30,561 nt of DNA, taken from IMG/VR virus record IMGVR_UViG_3300007542_000105, positions 1-30,561 of that record; one strand, written 5' to 3'. The notes beneath the pieces were generated by a model. That model was not told the DNA's origin and searched no databases. It was given only the letters and a program-made list of their open reading frames with translations. Shown piece after piece: positions 1 through 8,340 of this stretch. Numbering within the stretch: the stretch's first letter is position 1; every line of letters starts with the position of its first letter. The translations under genes were made by a program, and so were the position numbers. The DNA comes from a virus (taxonomy: Duplodnaviria; Caudoviricetes).

Positions 1-6
1 ATAGTC

Positions 7-393
7 ATGCCAACGATAGAACAAAGCGATAATGCACTTGGGTTTGTGCGCGATCAATATGGTGTTCCCGCAGAGAAAGGTCGCCGTGTGGCGTTCACAT
101 TTAAGGGGCGACACATGGGAACTATTATCGGCGGTTTGGCTGGAAAAATCCGCGTAAAGATCGACGGCAAAGCCCACGCCGAACTTTATCACCCGACGTG
201 GGAAATTGAATACTTGCCCGATTGTGTGCCAGTGCAACTCCAACGCTATGAGTGTTGGACGGTAAGCGCCCCCGATCTGCGAGAAATTTACGAGGGCGAA
301 ACCAGAGGCAAGGCAAAGCAAGCGTGCTATTTCGACATAGACGATGCGGGTTGGCCTGTAAAGTTCACAGACATACGCGCCCGCCGAATCTAA
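7..393 (+). CDS. Phage hypothetical protein, apparent two-domain fusion
   Basis: 128-aa ORF. N-half YGVPA.KG.RV...GTI...DG...YHPTWEIEY and C-half TRGKAK...FTDIRARR both resemble small phage accessory domains as I recall them. Confidence 0.75.
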   Translation: MPTIEQSDNALGFVRDQYGVPAEKGRRVAFTFKGRHMGTIIGGLAGKIRVKIDGKAHAELYHPTWEIEYLPDCVPVQLQRYECWTVSAPDLREIYEGETRGKAKQACYFDIDDAGWPVKFTDIRARRI

Positions 394-429
394 CTATTTA
401 AAACGCCCACAATAACGAGAGGTGCCAAC

Positions 430-612
430 ATGTATTACGAGGAAAAAGTGATTGACGGAGTGTTGCACTGTCGCTCACGACCAGACGGCGAATGGCGAGA
501 ACTTTCGGCTAAAGAGATAACCGCAAAGCTGATGACCGAGCGAAAAATATCAGCGTCGCTTAGGCAGGATGTAGACGAGATGGAAAATGAATTGTCGATG
601 GTTCAGATATAG
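430..612 (+). CDS. Phage hypothetical protein
   Basis: 60 aa, RBS GAGAGG upstream; MYYEEKVIDGVLHCRSRPDGEW motif followed by a short coiled coil. Confidence 0.8.
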   Translation: MYYEEKVIDGVLHCRSRPDGEWRELSAKEITAKLMTERKISASLRQDVDEMENELSMVQI

Positions 613-640
613 CCATAACGCCCAATAAAAGGAGTATGCC

Positions 641-1864
641 ATGAGCAACGAAACAGAACAGCGCGACCGCGTTATGGCGAAGGCAAGAGTAGTCTCGGAT
701 TGCCCGATAGGCTATTCGCCCGATCTGCGGGCCTTTGCCGCCGTCCTACTCGCACAGGAGGCAGAGCTTGAGCAGTTGCGGGAGTCGGATATACGATGCC
801 GCGAGGCGCTGGAATCCGCAGAGCATCTGGCGCGGAAGCAGAGGACGCTGTTGGAGCGATGCGAGAGAGAGCGCCATGTCACCACCACGCTATTAGGAAG
901 TGATATCCGCGCCCACTTAGGCGGCACTCACAAGGCAGGATGGAGCGAGGTGCTTGGCATCCTGCAAGACGGCGCCTCTGCTGAGATCACCGACGAGATC
1001 GTCGCGGAGCAGTTGAAGCACTCTGCGTTTGCCCATGCCGACTCTGCCGCGCCCTCTGAGATCGCCAATGAGATCATGGCAGAGAAGCAATCCACCACAA
1101 TCGCTGATCGGGAGTTTGTGCAAGACGGCAACGATCTATTGTTCGGTGATCTGGCGATACGTCATTTGCGCCAGCGCATAGCCGAGTTGGAGGCAGAGTG
1201 CGGCCATCTAAAAGAGCTAAGTGATAGCAGGTATGCTGACGTGTTAGAACTGCGGGACCGCAACAAAAAACAGAGGGCAGAAGCGGATAAGATGTTGGCG
1301 ATCATCGGCGGCGCAAACAAGACGGGATCAATGAGTATTCGAAGTGACGACAACGCCGAGCGCATAGAGCAGTGGTCTGCCGAGATCGCCCAACAGATCG
1401 GGGCTAATGTGGCGGCGATAGCGGAGTTGCGGCAAGAACATGCTGACCTTGCGACATGGCAATTCAAGGCGGCAAGTGAGAAGGGCGATCAAGACAGGCT
1501 CATAGAGAAGATGCAAGGGCAGATCGACTCGCTCGCCGCCCGTTGCCGACTCTTAGAGAACGAGGATCAGAACCAGCACGACTCGCTCGTGGATCACGGT
1601 CATGCGATAAACCAGCATCGAGAGCAGATCAACGCACTGGAAGGGAAGGTTGAGCGGCAGACACAAACAGGCAAAGCGGCGTGGATGATGGAGCAAGCGG
1701 AGAAGATCGACGCGCTGACGGAGCGCACGGAGAAGATCGTGCAAGCGGTGCTGGCGAGTCATACGCGATACTGCTGGAATAACGATGATACCCCCCACTG
1801 GAAGCTGAGGGAGATGGAAACAGAGGCGATGGGCAAACTGCGCGAGACGAAAGGCGGTGAGTGA
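641..1864 (+). CDS. Long coiled-coil accessory protein (Ead/Ea22-like mosaic character)
   Basis: 407 aa, RBS AAGGAG; heptad-rich segments (LRQRIAELEAEC, QINALEGKVE); internal repeat SAEITDEIVAE/PSEIANEIMAE. Confidence 0.75.
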   Translation: MSNETEQRDRVMAKARVVSDCPIGYSPDLRAFAAVLLAQEAELEQLRESDIRCREALESAEHLARKQRTLLERCERERHVTTTLLGSDIRAHLGGTHKAGWSEVLGILQDGASAEITDEIVAEQLKHSAFAHADSAAPSEIANEIMAEKQSTTIADREFVQDGNDLLFGDLAIRHLRQRIAELEAECGHLKELSDSRYADVLELRDRNKKQRAEADKMLAIIGGANKTGSMSIRSDDNAERIEQWSAEIAQQIGANVAAIAELRQEHADLATWQFKAASEKGDQDRLIEKMQGQIDSLAARCRLLENEDQNQHDSLVDHGHAINQHREQINALEGKVERQTQTGKAAWMMEQAEKIDALTERTEKIVQAVLASHTRYCWNNDDTPHWKLREMETEAMGKLRETKGGE

Positions 1865-2142
1865 TGGCTAAACTGACGCGCTATGTGCGGGACGAACTAT
1901 ACCGCAACGATGAGGTTTACCGTGCCGATGAAGTGGATGCAGAGATCAACAATATCGCCCTGCAATACGAGATAGCACAGTGCAAACTACAACGCGACCT
2001 CGACGCGGCCCAGACGGCGTTGCTGGATGCAGAGAGCGAAATGGCAGGGTGTTATGATTATGACCAATCCGTGTGGGATGAATGGAAACAGCGCCACGCA
2101 CAAGCACTTGACGAGGCGAGAAAGGACGATGACGGTGAGTGA
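1864..2142 (+). CDS. Hypothetical acidic coiled-coil protein
   Basis: ATG at 1864 overlaps the upstream TGA (TGATG); 92 aa. Confidence 0.75.
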   Translation: MAKLTRYVRDELYRNDEVYRADEVDAEINNIALQYEIAQCKLQRDLDAAQTALLDAESEMAGCYDYDQSVWDEWKQRHAQALDEARKDDDGE

Positions 2143-2368
2143 GTTTATTCTCGGTGAGAGCGACTTACAGTTGACCGTGGACGTGCCACCCGTTGTTATA
2201 CTAAAGGATGCGCTCACGTTCTCGCACGGCGAGATGGTTTTAGCCGCCGCCGATGCTGAATATGATCTATCTACGGTGCGGCCCGATCTGCACGAGATGG
2301 CCGTGTCTATCATCTTGCAGTCAAGGCGCAACGTGTGTCTATCAAACATATGGCGAGGAGAGAGGTGA
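2129..2368 (+). CDS. Hypothetical protein
   Basis: Start moved from 2027 to ATG 2129 (MTVSEFILG...), which follows AAAGGA and overlaps the previous gene end. Confidence 0.6.
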   Translation: MTVSEFILGESDLQLTVDVPPVVILKDALTFSHGEMVLAAADAEYDLSTVRPDLHEMAVSIILQSRRNVCLSNIWRGER

Positions 2369-2371
2369 GTG

Positions 2372-2578
2372 ATGATACTGATTGAACTATTCCCCGCGTG
2401 GTTTGTCTACTCGGCTTTTATCTTGGGTATCCTGACGATGGGGAGCATGGTGGTAATAGTGGGTCTATTTCTCTACCATCTGCGAGTGGGAGACAAGAAG
2501 CGAGAAACCGAAGAGGCAATGCGGTATGCCGAGGAAATGGGGCCGTATCCGTGGGGCCTCTATCAATCCGATGATTGA
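2372..2578 (+). CDS. Small membrane protein
   Basis: RBS GAGGAGAGAGG; hydrophobic stretch WFVYSAFILGILTMGSMVVIVGLFLY then a charged tail. 3' end overlaps the convergent late operon. Confidence 0.7.
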   Translation: MILIELFPAWFVYSAFILGILTMGSMVVIVGLFLYHLRVGDKKRETEEAMRYAEEMGPYPWGLYQSDD

Positions 2579-2883
2579 TTAGTCTTAGGAGTAATGCGGT
2601 TTACGAGGTCGGTAATCAGCTTGTTCTGGCTGTCGATCTTGTCGTTTAACCTATCCAGCTTCTCCGCTATCAACATCTGCACGTGGCCTTGTCGCTCCGT
2701 CATGACCGCTATCTCACGGTCTATATTACCTAATCTCATGTTATGGGACTCTATGGTTGACTCGGTGGTATCTAAGCGGCGATTGATCGATTGTAGAGTA
2801 GATTTTATAGCCCATCCCAAGATGCCCACAATGATCGTCATTACTAACTGTATTAGTGCGATTTGCTCTGGTGTCAACTTCAT
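2563..2883 (-). CDS. Membrane-anchored coiled-coil protein (holin/XhlA-like, putative)
   Basis: Start at ATG 2883 (MKLTPEQ), ATGA overlap with upstream gene, RBS GGAGGGG; N-terminal TM (IALIQLVMTIIVGILGWAI) plus coiled coil. Confidence 0.65.
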   Translation of the reverse strand: MKLTPEQIALIQLVMTIIVGILGWAIKSTLQSINRRLDTTESTIESHNMRLGNIDREIAVMTERQGHVQMLIAEKLDRLNDKIDSQNKLITDLVNRITPKTNQSSD

Positions 2884-3266
2884 TGCCCCCCTCCGAATCC
2901 GAGCATCTGCCCGAGTGTTTGCCATGCGTCCACGATCCAACTCTTAAACTCAAACCAAGTCCACCAACCTATTGCCGACCCAAAGCCGCCAATAACAAAG
3001 AGCAACGCCAGCCCCACCTTGGGGTAATCGCCGCGCTCCAGCGCAATTCGCCGTGCCGACTCTACGGGGCCAGGAGATACAGACCCTCCCGCCATCATCC
3101 CATTGAGTCGCCCTTCGATCTCGTCTATTTTAGCGTCCTGACGAGTGTCGACCTCTTCACGCTCATCCGCTTTTTTCCAGAGGTCGCGGATCTGATTGCG
3201 GAAGGACTCAAGCGTTCCTTCCACTTTGCCGAGATCCTTCCAGATGTCCTTCCCGTCATTACTCAC
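2880..3266 (-). CDS. Coiled-coil plus C-terminal TM protein (hemolysin XhlA/holin-like, putative)
   Basis: 128 aa; coiled coil then VGLALLFVIGGFGSAIGWWTWF; lies after the tail fibre. Confidence 0.65.
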   Translation of the reverse strand: MSNDGKDIWKDLGKVEGTLESFRNQIRDLWKKADEREEVDTRQDAKIDEIEGRLNGMMAGGSVSPGPVESARRIALERGDYPKVGLALLFVIGGFGSAIGWWTWFEFKSWIVDAWQTLGQMLGFGGGQ

Positions 3267-3268
3267 AA

Positions 3269-3544
3269 CTACCTACTGACCTTGCCCCAGACCCAAGCAA
3301 TCACAGGCCAGAACGCTTGCACCACATCCCGACCCTCGCGCATAAACGCTTTAAACGCATCGCCAATCTGGTCGATCTCTTGGTCGGTGAGCTGTCGGTC
3401 GGACATCGCCAGCGATACTTGCCCGTAGAGGTTCTCGCCAGCCTCCTTCGCTTCGGGAATATCCCTGACAATGGCCCTCGCTTTCGTTACGCCTCGGACT
3501 ACGGATAGCCCCTTGCTGATCGCGGAGAATATCATCATCATCAT
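3269..3544 (-). CDS. Amphipathic small protein, possible holin-associated
   Basis: 91 aa with hydrophobic termini; ATGA overlap with upstream gene. Confidence 0.6.
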   Translation of the reverse strand: MMMMIFSAISKGLSVVRGVTKARAIVRDIPEAKEAGENLYGQVSLAMSDRQLTDQEIDQIGDAFKAFMREGRDVVQAFWPVIAWVWGKVSR

Positions 3545-3699
3545 TTCTTAGCCTCTGATTTCTTGCCATCCTCTTGCACAGCAGTGAGCGCCTCAATCTG
3601 GCCCTGTAGATAGCACCACTGCGGATTGGCTCCTAAGAGCTTGCTTGCTACCTCTTGCTGTTGCTTCTTTAGGTCTTCGAGTTGCTTATCCAGTTCCAC
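3541..3699 (-). CDS. Small coiled-coil protein (possible tail-fibre-associated)
   Basis: GTG at 3699 follows AAGGAGAG, a better start than TTG 3723; MELDKQLEDLKKQQQ...LQGQIEAL. Confidence 0.65.
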   Translation of the reverse strand: MELDKQLEDLKKQQQEVASKLLGANPQWCYLQGQIEALTAVQEDGKKSEAKK

Positions 3700-3769
3700 A
3701 GTTGCTCTCCTTTGTTTGGCCAATCGCGGCCTCTGTCACCAACACTACGAGTATGGCGAGGTAGATCAT
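3686..3769 (-). CDS. Putative 27-aa hydrophobic peptide MIYLAILVVLVTEAAIGQTKESNCGTG
   Basis: Not in the ORF track. ATG overlaps the tail-fibre stop (ATGA) and the ORF fills the gap to the next gene. Confidence 0.4.
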   Translation of the reverse strand: MIYLAILVVLVTEAAIGQTKESNCGTG

Positions 3770-4902
3770 GCGGCTTCAAGTGCCTCAATACGGAGTAATG
3801 CTTCTTGCAAGGCTACCATGCCCTTGAGATAGAGAACACTGTATTTTACGCTATACTCATCTATCTCTGGATTATGATCGACTAATCCAGGACATATGGG
3901 TAATAATTCTTGGGCTATGGCCCCCAACTGCACTCTCGCATTATCTCCATTCGCCTCAACATCAGTAATCCACTTGAATTTGCGGAAAGGAATAGCCTTT
4001 ATGTCATCCCACTGAGAGTTAGCATCCATAATGTCTTGCTTTTGGCGTTGATCTGATATAGCACCATAGCTATTGGGACGCGATTGAAAACTTCCATCCG
4101 AGTATATAAACGCCTTGGTTTCTGTGGCGTCTGCACAATAGTGGAAGAACTGAGATGTATTATTAGGAGAGTGCGCCGAGTAGATGACTTGTGGCCCTGA
4201 GGCGGTCGCAGCTCCAAGGGAAAATAACCCTGCGACATCCGCAGCGGTCTGCGTGGTTTGAAACTTACCCAGGATGCTCACAACCCCCGACCCCACGACC
4301 TTGGGGTTGATGACCATGTTTGTGCCGTCGTGGTATAAGGCGCCATCGCCGTCCGTGCCGAGTATGAGCTTGACGTTATCGTTGAAGGTCTGGTCTGCGG
4401 TCCAAGTGTTCGCGGTGCCGACTGAGGCATCACCTACCGCCGTGCCGTTAAGCGTGATAGCGGTCCCGACTACGGCCAGCGTATCTGCGGACTCGTCCCA
4501 CAGCATATACTTGCCTGTGGTCGCGCCGAAGAACTTGACATCGTAGCCCGTATCGTCTACGCCTACCGTGACCGTGCCCTGTGCGTTGATCTTCGCGCCT
4601 CCGACCATCTTGAGCGTGTCGGCTGACTCATCCCATAAGAGATGTGCGCCGGCCGTAGCCCCGAAGAACTGCACATCATGCCCGGTATCGTCTACGCCTA
4701 CGGTGAGGTTGGCGCCATGCGTTACGAGACTGTTGAATGTGTGATTGCCCGACCAAGTATAGGTATCGGTCTGGTCTATGTTGTCGGAGTCGAGCGAGCC
4801 GTTGTTGGTGCCCGATAGGATATTATCGAACTCTGCATTGAGGTCGGCCGAGGTCAGCGTCTCGTTGAGGTTCCACGTCTTGAGTCTGGCTATATTAGCC
4901 AT
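3766..4902 (-). CDS. Tail fibre/spike with C-terminal peptidase S74 intramolecular chaperone
   Basis: SDQRQKQDI cleavage-site-like motif, GAIAQEL, SVKYSVL and a terminal coiled coil (ALQEALLRIEALEA); N-terminal DLNAEFDNI anchor; two 31-aa internal repeats. Confidence 0.88.
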   Translation of the reverse strand: MANIARLKTWNLNETLTSADLNAEFDNILSGTNNGSLDSDNIDQTDTYTWSGNHTFNSLVTHGANLTVGVDDTGHDVQFFGATAGAHLLWDESADTLKMVGGAKINAQGTVTVGVDDTGYDVKFFGATTGKYMLWDESADTLAVVGTAITLNGTAVGDASVGTANTWTADQTFNDNVKLILGTDGDGALYHDGTNMVINPKVVGSGVVSILGKFQTTQTAADVAGLFSLGAATASGPQVIYSAHSPNNTSQFFHYCADATETKAFIYSDGSFQSRPNSYGAISDQRQKQDIMDANSQWDDIKAIPFRKFKWITDVEANGDNARVQLGAIAQELLPICPGLVDHNPEIDEYSVKYSVLYLKGMVALQEALLRIEALEAA

Positions 4903-4978
4903 CGTGCGCTCCTTATGGATGTGCTACGGTCTGTGTGCCGTCCCTCGTCCGCAGGCCGTATGCTGCGGCGGCGATGGT

Positions 4979-6892
4979 CTATCTTCGGGTCTCGTCGGGT
5001 TGATCGGCGGCCATTCCAAAGGCACCCACGCGGCCCAATCCACGGACCAAGTTTTGCGCCCGCGGCGATTCGATGCCTTGTGTTACCAGTTTGCGCGTGG
5101 CCCGATTGACGAAGGGTGCCGACGCGGCGCCAAACGTGCCCACCGTGGCCAAAAACTGCGCCGGTCGCGTGGTAAACATCTTCACCAGATCGAAGAGCTG
5201 ATTAGACTGCGCCGTTCCGGATGGGTTGGCAACCGCTTTTAGCTTGCCCTCACTGTTGCGCAAGAGAGCCGCAAAGCTAAATAGATACTCTCCCACCTCA
5301 TCGCCAAAAATCGCCTTGAGCTTTTCCGGTCCACCCATGCGCTCTATCTGCGACATCATGCGTGCGCCACTGATCGCGCTAAACGTCTCGCCGGCATCGG
5401 TCTCTACAGCCTCCCGCCCTGCCTTGATCGACTTATCCCGCAATTCTTCCAATACCTGCACTTGGATCTGCCGCCATGCCGCCGGTCCACCCTGGACAGA
5501 CGGTAGTCCCTCGGGGGAGGGTTGGTCTCCGATGCGTTGCCGCCAGCGGTTGACCTGCTTACTTGTAGTCGACCCACTCATAATATCGGGCACTAAGGTC
5601 TCTACCTTGTCCTCGTCGCGCAGTGCTCTGGATCGATTGATGGACGCCGTCCGAGTAGATATATCGCTCTTTGCTAAGTTGCGGGCCTTGGTCGACGCCT
5701 CTCCACCGATAGCCAGCACGTCCTCTGCTAAAGCCCCGTAAAGCCGCCCTGCCTCGGCATCCATGCCCGTCCTGCGTGCGGCACTGTCCAAGACATCCAA
5801 CTGCGCCCCGACCAACTTGCGTAGGTCGTTGAGGTCTTTAAAGGTCTGTACGTTCTCCGCGCTACTCGCCCACTGCTCAATCACGCCGCGCGCCTCTTGC
5901 CCGAGGTCAAACTTGGGATTGTTAAACGCCCCTCGCTGTATGTCGCCAATCGCGCGTAAGGTGTTGGTAGGTACCAAAGCGGTATTGGACGGCACGGCGG
6001 CCTCCAACTCCCTATAGGCATTATCCACGACTACCTTGCGCGATTCTACCGCGTTGGTCATGGCGTCAATGGCCTGCTGGCCGGTGGCCTCGCGTCCGGT
6101 GGGCAACGGGCCTATTTGTGTCCTCAGCTTATCAAAGGCATCTAAGGCCGACTGCTCAAACGGCTGGCGTACATTCCGCTCAAAGGCACCCCGCGTTATC
6201 GGCGATTCACTCAAGAACTGCTCAAAACCCTGTAGCCCGGTGCTATTGGTTTGTAATGAAAAGGGTAGATTCTCGGCCAAGTTGCTGCCCAACTGTGCGT
6301 CTATCCGCTCGGCTTGTGGTGTCAGCCCTTTTCCCCTGAAGGGCGCTTTCGCCAACTTCCCGACGAAGGGCAACGCCGCCTCTAACGCCGCATCGGTGCC
6401 TGCGCGCGTCAAGACTTCTCCCACATCGCCTTGGCTCTTACCGCCCAATAGGTTCGCCGTGGTCTGCTCTAACGCGCCACCCATTAACGCCCCTGCACCG
6501 GCTCCCGCTGGTCCCGCTGTAAGACCGCCCAGCACGCCTAATGCCGTAGAAGGTATGCGCCCAACCATATCCCCAATATCGCCCACGTCGAAGCCCTCGG
6601 GGTCCACTGGGAACGTGGACCCCCCTGCGCGAAACATTGGCCTACCTTGATCTGCAAACGCATCAACGCCTTGCTCTCGGAGTATGTTTATCTCACTCGG
6701 TCCGCTATTGGCAAAGCTCGCAGCAGCACGGTCAAGAAAACCGGGTTGGGCTTGTTCGCCTGCTGCGTCCATCTCGGCAATGAGGGGGCGCAAGCCTATG
6801 AGGTCGGCCCTTTCCCACTTGGCCAATATCTCGGGCGTCGATAGGGTCCGCAGGTCGTTTTGCAGCTCTCGGGCGCGGTCAATGTCTGCCAT
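4979..6892 (-). CDS. Putative internal virion/DNA ejection protein
   Basis: 637 aa, Ala/Gly-rich helical, glycine-zipper-like GVLGGLTAGPAGAGAGALMGGA, NPSGTAQ motif; position between tail genes and fibre. Confidence 0.7.
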   Translation of the reverse strand: MADIDRARELQNDLRTLSTPEILAKWERADLIGLRPLIAEMDAAGEQAQPGFLDRAAASFANSGPSEINILREQGVDAFADQGRPMFRAGGSTFPVDPEGFDVGDIGDMVGRIPSTALGVLGGLTAGPAGAGAGALMGGALEQTTANLLGGKSQGDVGEVLTRAGTDAALEAALPFVGKLAKAPFRGKGLTPQAERIDAQLGSNLAENLPFSLQTNSTGLQGFEQFLSESPITRGAFERNVRQPFEQSALDAFDKLRTQIGPLPTGREATGQQAIDAMTNAVESRKVVVDNAYRELEAAVPSNTALVPTNTLRAIGDIQRGAFNNPKFDLGQEARGVIEQWASSAENVQTFKDLNDLRKLVGAQLDVLDSAARRTGMDAEAGRLYGALAEDVLAIGGEASTKARNLAKSDISTRTASINRSRALRDEDKVETLVPDIMSGSTTSKQVNRWRQRIGDQPSPEGLPSVQGGPAAWRQIQVQVLEELRDKSIKAGREAVETDAGETFSAISGARMMSQIERMGGPEKLKAIFGDEVGEYLFSFAALLRNSEGKLKAVANPSGTAQSNQLFDLVKMFTTRPAQFLATVGTFGAASAPFVNRATRKLVTQGIESPRAQNLVRGLGRVGAFGMAADQPDETRR

Positions 6893-8340
6893 TATTTAGA
6901 GACTCCTATGCTCTGCAATATGCTATCCAAGGTGCCCAATGCGCCTGATGGTTGCGTATCTGGTGGCGCACTATCGGGGCGGCGGGTATAGCCATATACG
7001 CTCGTCGGGGGCAGTCGGTAGGTATCCTCAAACTGGTCCATACGCAGGTTGCGCGCCTCCGCGGCCATACGTGGCGTCACCTCGATCACGCGCGCGCGGA
7101 TCGCACTCATATCTTGGTCTAACTGCCTATTGACCAGATCCGCTTGGGTCTTATAGGTCTCTTCCGACAATTTTAACAGCTTGTTGCGTACCGTGTCGGT
7201 GAATTTATCACCTTCTAAGAATTTCTCGCCGGACGTAATGACGCCAATACGCTCAAGCCACGGGGCTGTTTCCGCTATGGCCTCCGACTCGGCAGGACGG
7301 ACTGCAAGGCCCGGTTCGCCCATGCGGACCATACCCGTAACCATCTGCTGATCGCCTACGCCGTTGGCTTGAGCGTACCCCTTCGTGACCAGCGTAAACG
7401 CTTGACCTACCTGGGGAGCCGACTTCATAAAGCTGTTTTGGTTGAGCTTGCTGGCCACATCCTTATAGAGCAAGTCATGCAAGTCTGCATCTTCGGCTTG
7501 CATAATCTCGCGCGTCCGCGTGTCGTAGCTCGCCCTGAGCACGTCCAGCGCCTGCGCCGGTAATGTGGGGTTCGCCGCTTGGAAGTCCGCAAAGGGCTTG
7601 CCTGCGGCTGCGAACTCGTTGACGATGGGAGAGAACTGCGCCAGTTGGTCATTAAGCGAGACCTCGGGCACGGCTTTCGGTGCGCGTAAATCCGCAGCGC
7701 GCGCACCCAATAAGTCAATCTCTGCCGCAGTCTTAGCTATACCTAAGTTGTCTGCCTCCCGGCTTCTGTTGCCTGCCGCTAACGAAGAGAGCACATTGAG
7801 CGGGGGCGCTGTCTCTGATATGGGCCTAAAGGTGGTCTTGGGTGCCGCATTGGTAAACAGCGATTCTTCCGTAACGGGCACGCGAGACTCAGGCGTTACC
7901 CCACTACGGCCCAACGACTGAAACAGATTGGACTGTAGCGCCTCTTGCCGCTGCCTCCCAGCTAAGTCTCGCGCCTCCACCTGACTCTGCACGTTCTGCT
8001 CCATCAGATCGTCCATGCGCGCCTGCCGTTGCCGCTGCTGGCTCTGGTCTTGTAACCCTGCGATAACCGGCAGGGCTTGCCCTATGGTCGATAAGAACCG
8101 AGTCGCACCCCCTGCCTGCGGCGTAACTGGCGAGGGCGTAGCGCGACCGCCAAAGCTATTGATTAGGTTAGCCATGGCCACGTTTTCGTCTTGCTTGCGC
8201 TGGGCCTTCTTCTGGTCCCGTCCGGCCAAGTAGGAGGCTCCTACATTGGCAGCCAGTGCCCCAAACCCTAATGGCGTGGGACTCAATAAGGCACTCAATA
8301 TGCCCGGTGTATTTTGTAATAGTGTGCGCTCGTTTGGCAT
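6892..8340 (-). CDS. Putative internal virion/DNA ejection protein
   Basis: 482 aa, hydrophobic N-terminus, Gln-rich helices; TAATG coupling on both sides. Confidence 0.65.
   Translation of the reverse strand: MPNERTLLQNTPGILSALLSPTPLGFGALAANVGASYLAGRDQKKAQRKQDENVAMANLINSFGGRATPSPVTPQAGGATRFLSTIGQALPVIAGLQDQSQQRQRQARMDDLMEQNVQSQVEARDLAGRQRQEALQSNLFQSLGRSGVTPESRVPVTEESLFTNAAPKTTFRPISETAPPLNVLSSLAAGNRSREADNLGIAKTAAEIDLLGARAADLRAPKAVPEVSLNDQLAQFSPIVNEFAAAGKPFADFQAANPTLPAQALDVLRASYDTRTREIMQAEDADLHDLLYKDVASKLNQNSFMKSAPQVGQAFTLVTKGYAQANGVGDQQMVTGMVRMGEPGLAVRPAESEAIAETAPWLERIGVITSGEKFLEGDKFTDTVRNKLLKLSEETYKTQADLVNRQLDQDMSAIRARVIEVTPRMAAEARNLRMDQFEDTYRLPPTSVYGYTRRPDSAPPDTQPSGALGTLDSILQSIGVSK

Noticed and set aside
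3766-4902. Diversity-generating retroelement or invertible tail-fibre system
   Set aside because: No reverse transcriptase or invertase, and the repeats are in-frame protein repeats without adenine-specific differences.
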